Assembly: GCA_030390025.1 (NCBI GenBank) | Contig: CM059432.1 | Span: 55,306,001 to 55,370,000, forward strand | DNA from: Squalus acanthias | Lineage: Eukaryota | Direction of reading: 5' to 3' | Length of the DNA: 64,000 nucleotides | Program-made: the position numbers and the translations under genes | The notes under the pieces: model-generated | The model's database searches: none | What the model saw: the letters and a program-made list of their open reading frames with translations, nothing else | Told to the model about the DNA's origin: nothing | Part shown: positions 11,603 to 24,377 of the stretch, piece after piece | Layout: each line of letters starts with the position of its first letter | Position numbering within the stretch: position 1 is the stretch's first letter

Positions 11603-12667
11603 TATAATAGCAGTGGTTGCACCAGGAAGGAATGCAGTGGACTTAATTAACCAGAACATATGATTTTAATGTTAAAAAAAATCTGAATGTTCCTGGAGAA
11701 CATGCTTATTTCCCTCTCGAAATGTACCACTAGTTAAGGAGAAGGTGGAGCTGGTGGAGGAATGGGGGAGAGGGGATGATGGTGGCAATAGTGGTGTGAC
11801 ATTTGGAAGGAGTACAGTGCAGCCCTGACTAGACTGAACTTATGGTCAAAGAGACTTGGTTTGATTCCCCTATTTGCTATTGGGCAGTTAAAAAGAGAAA
11901 ATGAAAATTAATTAAAACTTCTTTCTCCCAGTAACCTATTACTTACTGCTACTGGGAGAAAGAACAAAAAAAATGAGTAAATGTCCCCTCTTGTTTTCAT
12001 ATCATAGACTTTTAGTCAGGGCCATTTATGAGTTGTCAACATTTTTGGTGCTGGTTTTTGGAGCTGTGGGTTAGCTTTCATTTGTTTTCTAGGTTGGTGT
12101 GTATGAATGAGAACTTTCTTCTCTTGTTCCTTCTAATCCTCCAGATTTACTTGTACAGCATATTCTTCCTCCTCCCTCCATCCTCATTATTTTGAATTCA
12201 AGACTCAGCACACCATCTCCTACATTAACCCATTCTTTCTCAGAACTTAAAATTAAGCAACTCCTGAGCTCCCTTGGTCTTTACTTTTTCCTACAACTAC
12301 AGGCTTTTAATACCAGTCACTGTGTCTAATCTTTTGTCCCAATAAACTGTTGATGGTGCCTTACACCTTGAACCTTAGCCCTTCACCAAAGTTTCCAATT
12401 TTAAATAAATCCAATGGTACCATTCATAATTCTGAAACTACATCTTAATTTTGAGAAACTACATTGCTGTCCTGTTCTCATGTGAAGCATTCTAGAGTGT
12501 AAAGTAAAAGGTTTATATGATAATATATAAGGAAGAGATTCAACCAGTGGCATCAATGTGACTATAAATTGAAGGTAATTTTAAGAATTGAAACCCTTTG
12601 AACACCAGCATTGTTCTTTAAGTCATGCAGTGGTAACTAGGATGTAGGTGCACTAAATGAGAAACAC

Positions 12668-13843
12668 TGGGGTCAATTTTGACCCCGAGCAGGTCTTGGG
12701 GAGTTGGGGGAGCAGGGCGAATGCAAAACACACTCGCTGGCCTAAGTTTCAGGCCTGGGGTATTTTAACTCTAGGCCCTCATTTAAGTGCAGGTGGGAAG
12801 AGGGCACAGAAAGGCTGCTGGCAGGAGAAGATCGGGCAGCCTTGGCCGCCCACCAGCTTGCAGGTAAGTGGCAGGGAGTGGGTTTTGGGAGGGTCTCGCA
12901 GGAGGGAAGGGAGTGAGTCCAGGGTAGGAGAGGCTGCCTCTCTTGAGTACTGCGTACAGTTTTAGTCTCCTTATTTAAGGAAGGATATACTTGCATTGGA
13001 GGCAGTTCAGAGATGATTCACTTGGTTGATTCCTGAGATGAGGGGGTTGACTTATGAAGAAAGGTTGAGCAGGTTGGGCCTATACTCATTGGAATTTAGA
13101 AGAATGAGAAGTGATCTTATTGAAACATATAAGATACTGAGGGGGCTCGACAAGGTAGATGCAGAGAGGATGTTTCCCCTTGTGGGGAAATCTAGAACTC
13201 GGGGGCATAGTTTCAGAATAAAGGGTCGGCCTTTTAGAACTGAGATGAGGAGGAATTTCTTCTCTCAGAGGGTCGTAAATCTGTGGAATTCTCTGCCGCA
13301 GAGAGCTGTGGAGGCTGGGTCATTAAATACATTTAAGGTGGAGATAGACAGATTTTTGCAAGATAAGGGAGTGAAGGGTTATGGGGAGCGGCAGGGAAGT
13401 GGCTTTGAGCCCAAGATCAGCCATGATCTTATTGAATGGCGGAGCAGGCTCGAGGGGCCAAGTGGCCTATTCCTGCTCCTATTTCTTATGTTCTTATGTT
13501 TTTCCTTGTGGGGCCCGGAGCAGGAGTCCTGATCATCCTGGCCCCACAATGAATATTTTCACTTTCCGGAAGGGTCTCTTCATCCTTCCCACCAGCTTAC
13601 GATCTGCTTCACGCCAGGTGGAGAAACCGGGGTGGCTTCCCCGCTCAGGCCCCAGTTAAAATGGCATTGGGGTCCTATTGATGTCAAAGGACTCTGATTA
13701 ACATTTATTAATGATGCTCCCTCCCGAGTCCAGTAGCCGCCTCATCAGTTGTGTTAAACTAGGAACGAAGCAGGAAATGGAGCTGCTCCATCTTAGCTGT
13801 TTGCTGCCTCCATTCCCACCCAGCAGGGAGAGTTAAAATTTCC
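12668..13843. mobile_element. MITE interrupted by a CR1 fragment
   Basis: Ends GGGGTCAATTTTGAC / GTTAAAATTTCCC with a non-coding interior. Confidence 0.55.
12943..13498 (+). mobile_element. CR1 LINE 3' fragment
   Basis: ORF 13026 (YEERLSRLGLYSLEFRRMR..FFSQRVVNLWNSLP); tail TTCTTATGTTCTTATG. Confidence 0.92.
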
Positions 13844-14078
13844 CAATGTCTCAAAGTTGAGAAAAAATTAGCTTTGCTGATCCTGTCACTACAGAGAAAT
13901 AAAAGATTAGCTCATGGTAGAATTGAACAGTTAAAAGGATGAGTATTTATATCACTATTTTTGAACCAATTTTCAGATCCTAATATTGTATTTGTTGTAA
14001 AGCTAGACCTTGCAATTATATTGTGTAACAAAATTCATTACAAGTGAAGTGATTTTACAAGACTCCATTGATGACGCT

Positions 14079-14268
14079 GCGCCCCGCTGTCCGGGTGACC
14101 CGGCGCCCCGCTGTCCGGGTGACCTGGCGCCCCGCTGTCCGGGTGACCCGGCGCCCCGCTGTCCGGGTGACCCGGCGCCCCGCTGTCCGGGTGACCTGGC
14201 GCCCCGCTGTCCGGGTGACCCGGCGCCCCGCTGTCCGGGTGACCCGGCGCCCCGCTGTCCGGGTGACC
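14079..14268. repeat. GC-rich 24-bp minisatellite, ~8 copies
   Basis: Unit GCGCCCCGCTGTCCGGGTGACC(C/T)G in direct tandem with no spacers. Confidence 0.97.
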
Positions 14269-15049
14269 ATGTCCAAATATCAGGCACAGAAGCCTATGCG
14301 CCTGATGTGCTGACAGAAATTGTACTTTTTTTTTGAGGCCACACTGGTGATCAGAACAACCCTCATTATTTTGTAAATTATGTTAATGAATTTTACAGTT
14401 TTCTAACTGGGTCCTCTCCCATATCATAGCTCGCTCATGTGAAATTAGAGTATGATCTGGTCTGTAAAAATTGGATGCTTAAAGCTGATTTTGGAGTTTT
14501 CACTGTTGGTTGCAAAGTTTCATTTTTTTTTAAACTTAATAATTCTATCTGCATTTTACTTTGTGCAATAATTACTTTTGCTGTATGTGCCAGATTTTTT
14601 GCACTCTAAGACTTATTTTCCATGTTCTGATTGCAGCTGCAATTTTACTTGCAGCAAAGTTCTCACCATGGAAATTCTTTTAGGGATTGCCATACCACTG
14701 CACAATTTGGATGAGCAAGATGAGGGCAAGAAAATCAGCTGTAACTAAACCTGAGGTATTATGTGCATACCTTCCTTACCCAGAAGACACCGAGATAGAC
14801 CTACCTATGCATTACAAAGGAGACCTGTCGTTGGCACCTCTGCTTCACAAGTGAGGCTGTCATAGAGTTAAACCGTCCCCTTGAGGCTGACCTGCAGACA
14901 ACTTCTATCACAGAGAAAGTTCTTCATACATCTGTGAAGGCCATCACTGTATTAAATGTTTATGCCTCCAGACTCTTTCACGCCACCATTGGCTACATAT
15001 ACTATATAAATCAGACAGCTGTTCACTGATGCATCAAGCAAGTGAAAAA

Positions 15050-15317
15050 GTCTGGTTTGCATCCCCCTCATTTCATCCACCACCCACAGAGCCTTCAGCT
15101 GCCTCAGCCCAATTTTCTGGAACACCCTCCCTAAACCTTTCCACCTCTCCTCTTCTCTCTTCACTTACGCAAAATCCATCTTTTCAACCAGGCAGCCAGT
15201 CAGCCCTTCTAATGTCTCCCTCCATGGCTCAATGTCCATTCCCTGTCTATCTCCATTGTGAAGCACCATAGGACGTTCTTTATGTTGAAGGCGTTATATA
15301 AATTTCAGTTGTTGTTG
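15050..15317 (+). mobile_element. Degenerate L2 3' end
   Basis: Similar to 7250-7500; ends TGTGAAGCAC..TATATAAATTTCAGTTGTTGTTG. Confidence 0.7.
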
Positions 15318-16464
15318 CCAGAACTTGGTGGGAGGATGGGGAGTGCCAGCTTGAATGGAGGAAATGGAGAAGAGAACCAGCTTGAACTGGGTTGGAGGGG
15401 AAGTAGCATGTTAGGTTGAATTGAGGTGGGAGATGGAGAAGAGTGCCAGTGTGAACTGAAGGGGTTGGGGGAAGGGTTGGATGTGGGAGAATGATGGTTG
15501 AGGTAGCTTTTCGTCGAGTGATGGTCTAGTTGGTCTGTTGAAAATCCAAATTACAGTTGGCTTTCCTTTTTGTTTTTGATTAATAATATACAAATTGAAA
15601 AGCGTAAGTGCTTAAAATTCCTACTTTTACCAACCTACCATTATCCCCATTTTCATGATTTCCTTCAGCACTTGTTATCATTTCAACCTTGTCCATAGCT
15701 GTACCGATGTCGAGCTCAATTTCCTGATGATTTACCTGAGATTCTAATGCAAGCCCAGCCATTTCACTGACCTATGATAATTCACTGAATCTCATACTTT
15801 CCACTCACTCTCAATAATCCCCGCACCTCTATCTGCCCTTGTAAGTTTCTGTGCCTTTCTCTCTAAAGCCATAACCTTCCCTTAAGCTTTTTGATCAATG
15901 GGCAATTTTTGCATCACTTCACCCATCTATTATACTTGCTTTTCTCACTGGTCAACATCCCACAGCAAACACACCTCATCGCAGCAATCTTAGTTATGCA
16001 TCTCACAACTGCTTCACTTTTAATTTAAATTCTCTCATTTTCCCTACCCCACATCCTCACAGGCCCTGCACAAGACACCAGTGATGGAGGGAGCTTATTT
16101 ATACTCATCAGCAGGCCCACACAATGTAGTCCAGCAGTTTTTTGGAGTCAGGCTTGCAGAATTGGCCCTTAAAGCTTCAGCAATGGAATACATCTGTCTG
16201 AATGTTTTTTAATTTTTCAATTTAAGACTCAGCAGTCATAAAGTGATGACTGTTGTATACAGCAACACGGGCAAATGTTAATAAAATAGAAGCAGAACAT
16301 TCTGGAAACTCAGTTCTGATGAACCTGGGACTGTAATCTAGTCTTTCTTTTATTTCTTGTTTTTATTGTAGATTTCTAGTAGTCACCAGTTTTTTTTTCT
16401 TTTAACTCCAGTTAATGTCATGAATTTGCTGTCACACTGTAACTGTGAGCTTGATTTATTGCAG

Positions 16465-16628
16465 AAGCCGCAGCTTATCACAGGGACAGCAACACTATCT
16501 CAGTTTCTACAGAGGTATTGTCCTGTGGTAACAGAGACTTATTATCCGACCTTTTGGTGCTGGGAAGCAAGAGTCCAGACACTGCTCAGGCCATTCATCA
16601 CAACCAAACCTTGGGTGGTATACAGAAA
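16465..16628 (+). CDS. abhd3: ABHD3 coding exon 2
   Basis: Acceptor TTGCAG, then KPQLITGTATLSQFLQRYCPVVTETYYPTFWCWEARVQTLLRPFITTKPWVVYR; donor GTACG; 164 nt. Confidence 0.95.
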
Positions 16629-18531
16629 GTACGCTCCACTGTTTTTCTGTTTATTGTACCATTAGCATTGTCCTGTATTGATGCATAGTCAGAAATTAAC
16701 CGTATTCTTTCAAATAGGAAAATACTTTAAATCATTCTCTGCATTCAGTTACATATAATTCAGATTTCAATGTGCATTCGAGTCACTGACATTTTAGAAA
16801 TTTCCATTCCAACCAAACTTTTTAAATTCAGAACTCTGATTCAACCACTAAACTTTTCTGCCTTTTCATGCTCAGCACATGAAACACAATGGTTGGAATT
16901 TTCCTTACCTTGACAGGTCCGGTGCGGCCGGTGTCCGTGGCGGGTCGCAACCCCACTGCTGGCTCCATCCCGCTGTACAAAATGAACTTAACTTAATGGG
17001 GCCTATTAAGCCCGCTAAACGCGTTACCCAGCCCAATGAGATGGAGCAGGTCTGGTGACGTCATTCATGGCGTGTTTTAAGCCGGGGATCCTTAAAGGGA
17101 CCATTGGCCACATTAAATTTTAAGTTTAATCTAACATGTGGTGTTGAATCTTTGCTGTATAATCATATAATAAAAGTTATAGATGAGTGACAAAGAAATA
17201 TTTAAATAAAATTAAGTAATATGTCTCCATCTACAAATACAATCAAGAACATAATTAACAAAGTACATTAATTGGGAAGTTATTGGTGCTTTAGTCACAA
17301 ATCTATAGACTTTTGTATCAGTAACTGGTACAAATAAAAGATGTGTGTGTATAGGTAATATATAAAATTAAGCAGATTTTAAATGTAATTGTAAAGGGGT
17401 GGATTTACAATCTTATGCAAGTTCAGCGGAAGAGCTGCAGACTCCCTGACAAACAGTGTAAGTGGTGCTTATAATGTGTTTCTGGGATTTCTGCAGCTCT
17501 TCTGTTGAAGTTAACAATGGACAAGTGAGAGAACCTCTGCAGAAATTCACCCTAAAGTCTCAGACTGAAAAATTAAATTAGTTATATTCAGGGACTGGAA
17601 GCAAATTGAACCAGTGGAATGAGTGATGAGAATGAAATTGTTACAGTTGATGACTTGATTTAAAGTGTATCTGGACAATCACAGTGTACTGTGAGAACAA
17701 CCTGACCAGAAACAACACAAAAAATTATTTAAATGGTATATGTCATTTTTTTATAGTGCAGATCAATTCATTGCAATTCACTGGAAAGCAACAGCCGAGA
17801 ATGGCCAGTGAAAAATTAACATTTACCAGTAGTTTTTCCAAGTAGAACAGAATCTCCATCAATCTGTTAGCTGATGTAATCAACATGTTTTTATTTTGGT
17901 TTGTTTTCCATGCTGTCAAGTAATCAGCTGGAGCAATGACCATGGAACTCACTCCTCAGGTTGACAGACATGGTTCCTGAGCTGTGTAAATCCCGTGGCC
18001 ATGCAGGGAAATTTAAAAAGTAGGGGGGAAAAGGTCTTTAAGTGCCTGTAAATTACCTCAATGATTTCAATTGGGTCCCCCGCCGCTGCAGGGCGGCTCG
18101 GCTCCACGCTGACAGATGCGCCTGTGGGAATGGCACATGGGAGCGAGTTGACAGCGGGTTCCTGACCCGGTCAAAAAAAACCCAACTTTCCCACCCAACC
18201 CACCACCGATCGCACCCGCTACCACCATGGAAAATTCAGCCCAATGACATGGTTTATATTTTTAGATGGTAATTGACTCAAATTCTAGAACTACAGTGTT
18301 TTTTAAATTTTCTTTTGGAATGAATTGTTGAACAAATTATTAAATGGGTGGTGGGTAGAAATGATTTGTAAAATTAGCTTTTTTTTTTACCTGTAGTTTC
18401 AGGAAATCTAAGCCTAATCCTAGTTCAAAAGCATTGAATTTGTTTATGGACTAGTTGTTGCATTCAACTGCATCATTTGCCCAAAAGAGTAATAATAATA
18501 AATTATGCTTGTATAGTATCCAGCAAATAAT

Positions 18532-19260
18532 GGGCCGTATTTTCCGCGTGCGGAGGCCTCCAATCTGGAAAAAATCTACACATTTACCTGAGGGCTCCCG
18601 AGATGCATATAGTTCCGATGCTGGGCCTCTCCAACAACAAGTGCACAGGGCCTACGTATCCCAGGGGTGCATGCGGGCCATGGGAAGCCAATCAAAGAAG
18701 GGAATTTCCCTTCATACACTTGACAGATAGACCTGTCAAATATATGAATGGAGATCACCCCAAAAACACATTAAAACATTAAATAATTTTTTTTTTAAAA
18801 TCACATTTTTAAATTAGTTAAAATTACAATAAATTAAATATTTTAAACAAAAATTCAATTTTTTGAATAAAATTAAAGTTTTTTACGGGGCTAAAAATAA
18901 ACGTACCTTTTTTTAAAAAAAAAAGTATTTTTAAATGATAAATGAGTGAAAAGAAAACATTCTTTTTTTTAACTTTTTTTCCAACTCTTATCCTGGTAAA
19001 AGCAGGCCTTATGCCTGCTTTTACCAGGCATAAGAATTCTAAGGGTTTTCTACGGGCGGAGGGTCTCCAGAAAGCGGAACTATCCGCCCACAGAGGCCCT
19101 TCTCCAGGGCAGGCGCCCGGTCTGTCAAGAGCATTCTTGACAGATCGGAAATGCCGGTTTTCAGCGCATGCGCTGTGCATGCCTGAAACCGGCGTTTCCG
19201 ATGTCCCTACGGGTGTGTACACAGCGCATACACACCCATAAGGATTGGAATATCCGGCCC
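18532..19260. mobile_element. MITE family B
   Basis: TIR GGGCCGTATTTTCC / GGAATATCCGGCCC, AT-rich centre; near-identical inverted copy at 50248-50991. Confidence 0.85.
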
Positions 19261-19375
19261 AGTGATTGTATAAATTAATGATATAAACAACAAAAGAAAA
19301 AATGAGATTGCTGTTGTATAAAACGGTGTACAGAATTGGTATATTTTCATTTTGTTTATTGTCTCTGCATTACAG

Positions 19376-19558
19376 TGAGCTCATTATGACAGCAGATGGT
19401 GGACATATTTCCTTGGACTGGAATGATAATGATGACAATGCACTATATCCTGTTTCTGCTACAAGACCTACTATCCTCATCTTACCCGGACTTACAGGAA
19501 CAAGCAAGGAATCCTACATACTGCACATGGTTAAAGAGAGTGAAATACTTGGCTACAG
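19376..19558 (+). CDS. abhd3: ABHD3 coding exon 3
   Basis: Acceptor TTACAG, then (N)ELIMTADGGHISLDW...RPTILILPGLTGTSKESYILHMVKESEILGY(R); 183 nt; ends at a GC donor (AG|GCAAGA). Confidence 0.93.
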
Positions 19559-21106
19559 GCAAGAGTTATTTTTATGGATTCAAAAAAAAATAATTTTGTC
19601 CACGTTCCACACATCATTTTCCAGGCAGCGGGGAGGGCAGGCAACTATCTCCCAGGTCTCTGCCAATCTCTCTCAAGACAAAAGATGTTAGCACTGGGAA
19701 ATGGAACAAGTTCCCATTTTGGGCATTCCAAAGTCAGGTTCAGCACGGTTAAATGCAGAGTACAGCTCCCTTTACTCTCTCTCAGCAATATGTTATGGCA
19801 CCAACCTCGAAAGAATACCCCCTATAGCACGAATGTGATACTTGCTAGATCAGCCAAGTAGATTAATCAAAATGATATAGGTGCAGACGTTAGAGATAAA
19901 TCAACTTTTAATAATATTGACAGAAAGTACAAGCAAGTCTATACATCTATGTACTTACAAGTAGGATATCCATTAGGGTCTAAGACTACTCCAATCCATG
20001 TTAGATCTCAGCACTGAATATCAAATAACTACTGAAAACAGTTCATATTTATACACCTCAAAGACAGTGCATAAGAAACGTCAGATGACTAGCTCTGAGA
20101 TTATTGTCTTGTGATCTTTATGGGTCATATGCTACTACATCAGTAGATGGCAATGTTGCACCGCACACACTCCATTCTCACTGGAATGTGGAAGACGTTT
20201 CATTTCTTAAAAGATAAGACAATTTTGCACGGTTATAAGCATTACACTCTTTCCAGGAGAATGGCAACTTAAATGTTGCAGGTAATTTTGACTTTGTGTG
20301 ATAGTGTAAAATGGTTGATAGCGAATCAGCAACCTTTTACAACTCTCCTGATTTTTGTTTCAATTGACATCATGGATTATATCTTGTGCAATTTCACGGA
20401 TTTAGACTTGAACAAAATGAACTCTGGGTATTATTACCTACATTATTTGCACAGCTAGTTTAGTCAGTTTGTTCAGTAAAATTCCACTCCTGCATATCAC
20501 TCACTCTGTAGAATGCACATGACATGATGAAATTTAATAACACCTTCAGCAAATGCCTGAAGTGAGTATCAGTAACAGCAACACACTGATTTTTCCCCCA
20601 TATATCCACCTTGACCTCATAAAAGCAGAAACACATTTAAAAGTTAAAATTTATAGATATTTTGACTGGCACGGAGATTATTACAAATATATCTTATGAG
20701 GCTGATTCACAGCTTTGTTGCACAGTCTCACCTGTGACGGTGTGTGTCGCATCCTCTATTTCTACACCTGCTGCAAAGGTGTTTTTAGTCAGATGTTGTT
20801 ACTCTTGCAGGAAAAACATCTCACTGACATTTTTGCTGCATCTGAGACAGTTCTTTTTTCTCAAGGGCATAAAACAGATAAATAAAATTAACAAACAGCA
20901 GCACCAGGAGAGGCGCATGCTGCCTCCAGTAATTATACACAATCTCCTGCCTCATTACCAGCTTAAAGCAAAACCACCATCAAAACAGCTGTCCTAATTA
21001 GCTTTATCCAATGAGCAGCTGCACCATAAAACCTGGAAGGTCCCAGATTCCATTCCCAAGCTGTTGAGTTTCATGATCTCAGCTGGAACCAGTGATAGGG
21101 GTGCTA

Positions 21107-21221
21107 CACAAACGCAGAATACGGTAGAGATGCTGGAAATCTGAAATAAAAACAGAAAATGCTGGAAATACTCAGCAGGTCAGGCAGCATCTGTGGAGAG
21201 AGAAACAGAGTTAACGTTTCA
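21107..21221 (-). mobile_element. PLE 3'-terminal mini-insertion inside a SINE-like repeat
   Basis: Matches 1160-1267; 12-bp TSD ATAGGGGTGCTA at 21095-21106 and 21222-21233. Confidence 0.85.
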
Positions 21222-21322
21222 ATAGGGGTGCTAAAGTTGGCCTCAGTGCCCACAGGTTAGGGAGGCTACTAACAGCCAGGGTTGCTGCTTCTGAACGCTA
21301 TTGAGTTACCTGTGCTGGTAAT

Positions 21323-22174
21323 GGGCTGGATTTTGCCAGCCCTGGGGAGGCGGGTCTGCCGGAAAAATGGCAGAATCTGGGGGCGGGTGCCCAACCCGCC
21401 TCCAACCCGCCTCCGTGCCATCTTCCCAGGAGGCGGGAAGCTGTCCCGCGCCAGGTCCCGTCTCCTTGGAGGCAGGAAGGGATTACAGCCAGTTAACTGT
21501 AGTTAACAGGCAGATAAGAGGATTATCCCCATTTTGTCCACACAAGTGCGGGCTTCCCGAAGGCTCCGAAACCTGCCAGGGTCACCGAGGCGAGTAGTGG
21601 GTCTGCGTGGGTCGAAGGGGTGCAAAAGTGTGCTGTGGAGGTGTCGGAGGGGTGCAAAAGTGTGCTGTGGAGGTGAATGATGGGTGAAAGTGTGGAGAGG
21701 TGAGTATCTGAGGTAAGTGGAAAGTGTTAGAAAAAGTTTACTTACCTTTGTTTCTTCCTGCAGGCTTCAGTCGGTGGGTATGTGGAGAGTCTCGCACCTC
21801 CGCGGTAGAGATGACAGATGGCCGTTGCATTCTCCAATGCAACAACCATTTAATTTCTGCAAAAGAAAGAGTTTGATGAGGTCTTTAATTCAAGAACTCA
21901 TCAAACTACAGAGAATGTCAGTGTTTGACAGCTTCACAGATCTGTCAAACAATGACAATTCATCTGTCAAAAATTTTTGACAGTTGAAACGTCATACGTT
22001 GATGTTCTCTGTAACCGGCTTTCCCTAATTGGCCTGCTAAACCCGCTGGGCGGGCTTAACAAGGTCAATCAAGGGAAAATAGCATGGGTTGGCCAGAAGT
22101 TGTTGGAGGCGGGACTGAAACTCAACAAGTGGGAGTCCCGCCTCCAAAAGCTCCCCATTGGCAAAATCCAGCCC
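21323..22174. mobile_element. MITE family A
   Basis: TIR GGGCTGGATTTTGCCA / TGGCAAAATCCAGCCC; 3-bp TSD AAT. Confidence 0.88.
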
Positions 22175-22695
22175 AATGTGTCCGGCCAGATGCCTAAAAT
22201 AGGCTAGGCTCCTTTAATATGTAAATTAGGGGCCTAATAGCTGTTCAAGGACCACTGTTCAAAATTAGTCAGCGATGAGCAACGCAGGCCTCGGGCCCAC
22301 CCGACTCAGTGTTCTTCAGCAGTCCCAACACCTGCCAGTGAAAAGTAAGTAATCTAAAAAAAATATTATCTTATTGTGGAAAACTGGTGCAAATGGCTTC
22401 TGCTCTGAAAAGGTGAGGAAATAAACCCCTCTTTGTTCGAAATGCTTGTAAGAATGTTTTCCATCGGTGTCCTGTGCCTATGCGAGAATCCTGAGCCTTG
22501 AGTCATGCAGGTTCCCAGACCAATTTTTTTTAATGATTCACAGCATGACTGGCCATTCGCAGAGCTGTTTGTGAACCCTACCCACTCCTATACTCTCGAT
22601 AGAAAATCACTGCAGATGAAAACCTTTATTAGAAGCAGTGGAGATCATTTGACCTTTTTTTTGAATGTAGCATCAGAAACAAGGTCAAACATTGC

Positions 22696-22813
22696 GCAGA
22701 ACTTTCAACTTCACCGGAGGTGTAAATGGGTGGTAGCGGATCGGCCTCCCGTTATACACCCCACCCAATTTTCCTTTCCATTGAAGCCCCCGCCAAAGTT
22801 GAAAGTTCTGCCC
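22696..22813. mobile_element. Short MITE
   Basis: TIR GCAGAACTTTCAACTT / AAGTTGAAAGTTCTGC, with ATT close to both ends. Confidence 0.7.
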
Positions 22814-23163
22814 ATTAGCTTTTCAACTTTTTTCTGAGGTAATTGAAAGCAAAAATGGTGTTTACAATCTACTAGCTGAGCTCCCACCAATGAAGTCAGC
22901 AAGTACAAACTATTTAGTTTCCAGGAGCCCATCAAAAAACACTTAATTTACTGTCTCTGGGAAGATCTCTTAGAAATCTCATTCCAAATACTTTCACAGA
23001 ACATCCACGCCCTTTGACACTTCCACATCCCCCGCAGCCCTTCCTTGCATCAATGTAACTGCTGACTCTACATAAGCAATGCCCTGGGAGATGTTCTAGT
23101 ATTTTTAGAAGTTGAAATCAAATATTGGTGGAACACTCTCAAATGTTTTTGGATTTCTTTTAG

Positions 23164-23209
23164 GTGTGTTGTTTTCAACAACAGAGGAGTTTCTGGAGAG
23201 AGACTGTTG
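23164..23209 (+). CDS. abhd3: ABHD3 coding exon 4
   Basis: Acceptor TTTAG, then (R)CVVFNNRGVSGERLL; donor GTAAG; 46 nt. Confidence 0.95.
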
Positions 23210-23589
23210 GTAAGATTTTTTTTATCCCTAAATACTGTGGAACTGTTTATATCTGCACAACTAACGTTTATTGGGGGATACTGAAATTAGGGATAATGTT
23301 CCTGCTTCATGGAGCCTCGTCTGGCAGGAGTGCACGTTGGAAATTCAAGCACAAACGGTGCAAAATCATCCATCGCTTGTGCTAAAATTGTGGGGAAATA
23401 GTTCTTTACACTCTCCCCCTTCCCCACACACACAGTACACATGTTGTCCTTCAGTAAGACCAACAATAATTTTTATATTGCAAATATAAAGAGTTCTGCA
23501 GTAACAGTGCATTTTATGCCAAAGAGTACAAACAGAGAAATTGGAGGAAAAGACCAGCTGATCCATCAAGCCTGTTCCACATTCATAAT

Positions 23590-24377
23590 GGGCCTGAATT
23601 TGCGATCGGAGGCTTCCCGTGGGCGGATGCCTCCGATCATCAAAACATCTACTCATCTACCTGGTGGTCCGGGAGATACAGAGGATTGCGATCCTGGGCC
23701 TCTCCTGATAGAAATGCATAGAGGCCCACGTATCCCAGGGGCGCATGCGGTTCGCAAGCACCCGTGGGATCATGTGGGCTGGCCCAACCAATGAAAGAAG
23801 GGAATCCCCATTCATACTTATGGGAGTTCCGTACATACAGAACTGTCATAAGTAGGAATGGGGATGACTTATAAAATACACGAACACATGAAATAAAAAA
23901 AACATTACATATATAATTAAAATGGCATTTAAACAAAAATTTAATTTTTTGAAAAAATAATTTATATGATTTAACCGGGCTAAATATAAACTATCTTATT
24001 GGACAGGGTTTTTAATGTATATGTGAGTGATAAAATTTTATTTTTCTATTTTTTAAAACTCTTATGCTGGTAAAAGCAGGCCTTACGTCTATTTTTACCA
24101 GGCGTAAGAATTCCACAGCCTTTCAGCAGGCAGAAGTTGGGCAAATAGCGCAACTCTCCACCCGCAGAGGCCCATCTCCCGGGGATGTGGAGGATCTGTC
24201 TGAATATGGATTGTACCTGGCACTCCAGACCGACCTACCTTCCACCTGTCCGGCCCTCCTCCTCTGAATCGGTATAGATTCTTGACAGATCGCAAGTTCC
24301 GGGTTTCAGCGCATGTCTAAACCTGGAACTTGCGCGCGCGCCTCGTACGCACCCGTAGGGGTCGCAAAGTACGGCCC
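23590..24377. mobile_element. MITE family B
   Basis: TIR GGGCCTGAATTTGCGA / TCGCAAAGTACGGCCC; similar to 52536-53162 and 18532-19260. Confidence 0.82.

Noticed and set aside
14003..14336. Repeat array as CRISPR, or its four overlapping ORFs as a repeat protein
   Set aside because: Units are contiguous with no unique spacers, there are no cas genes, and the context is a vertebrate intron. The ORFs are by-products of a 24-nt unit.
16313..16345. CTGATGA motif as another hammerhead
   Set aside because: It lies in a degenerate PLE remnant lacking the GAAA box and stem II.
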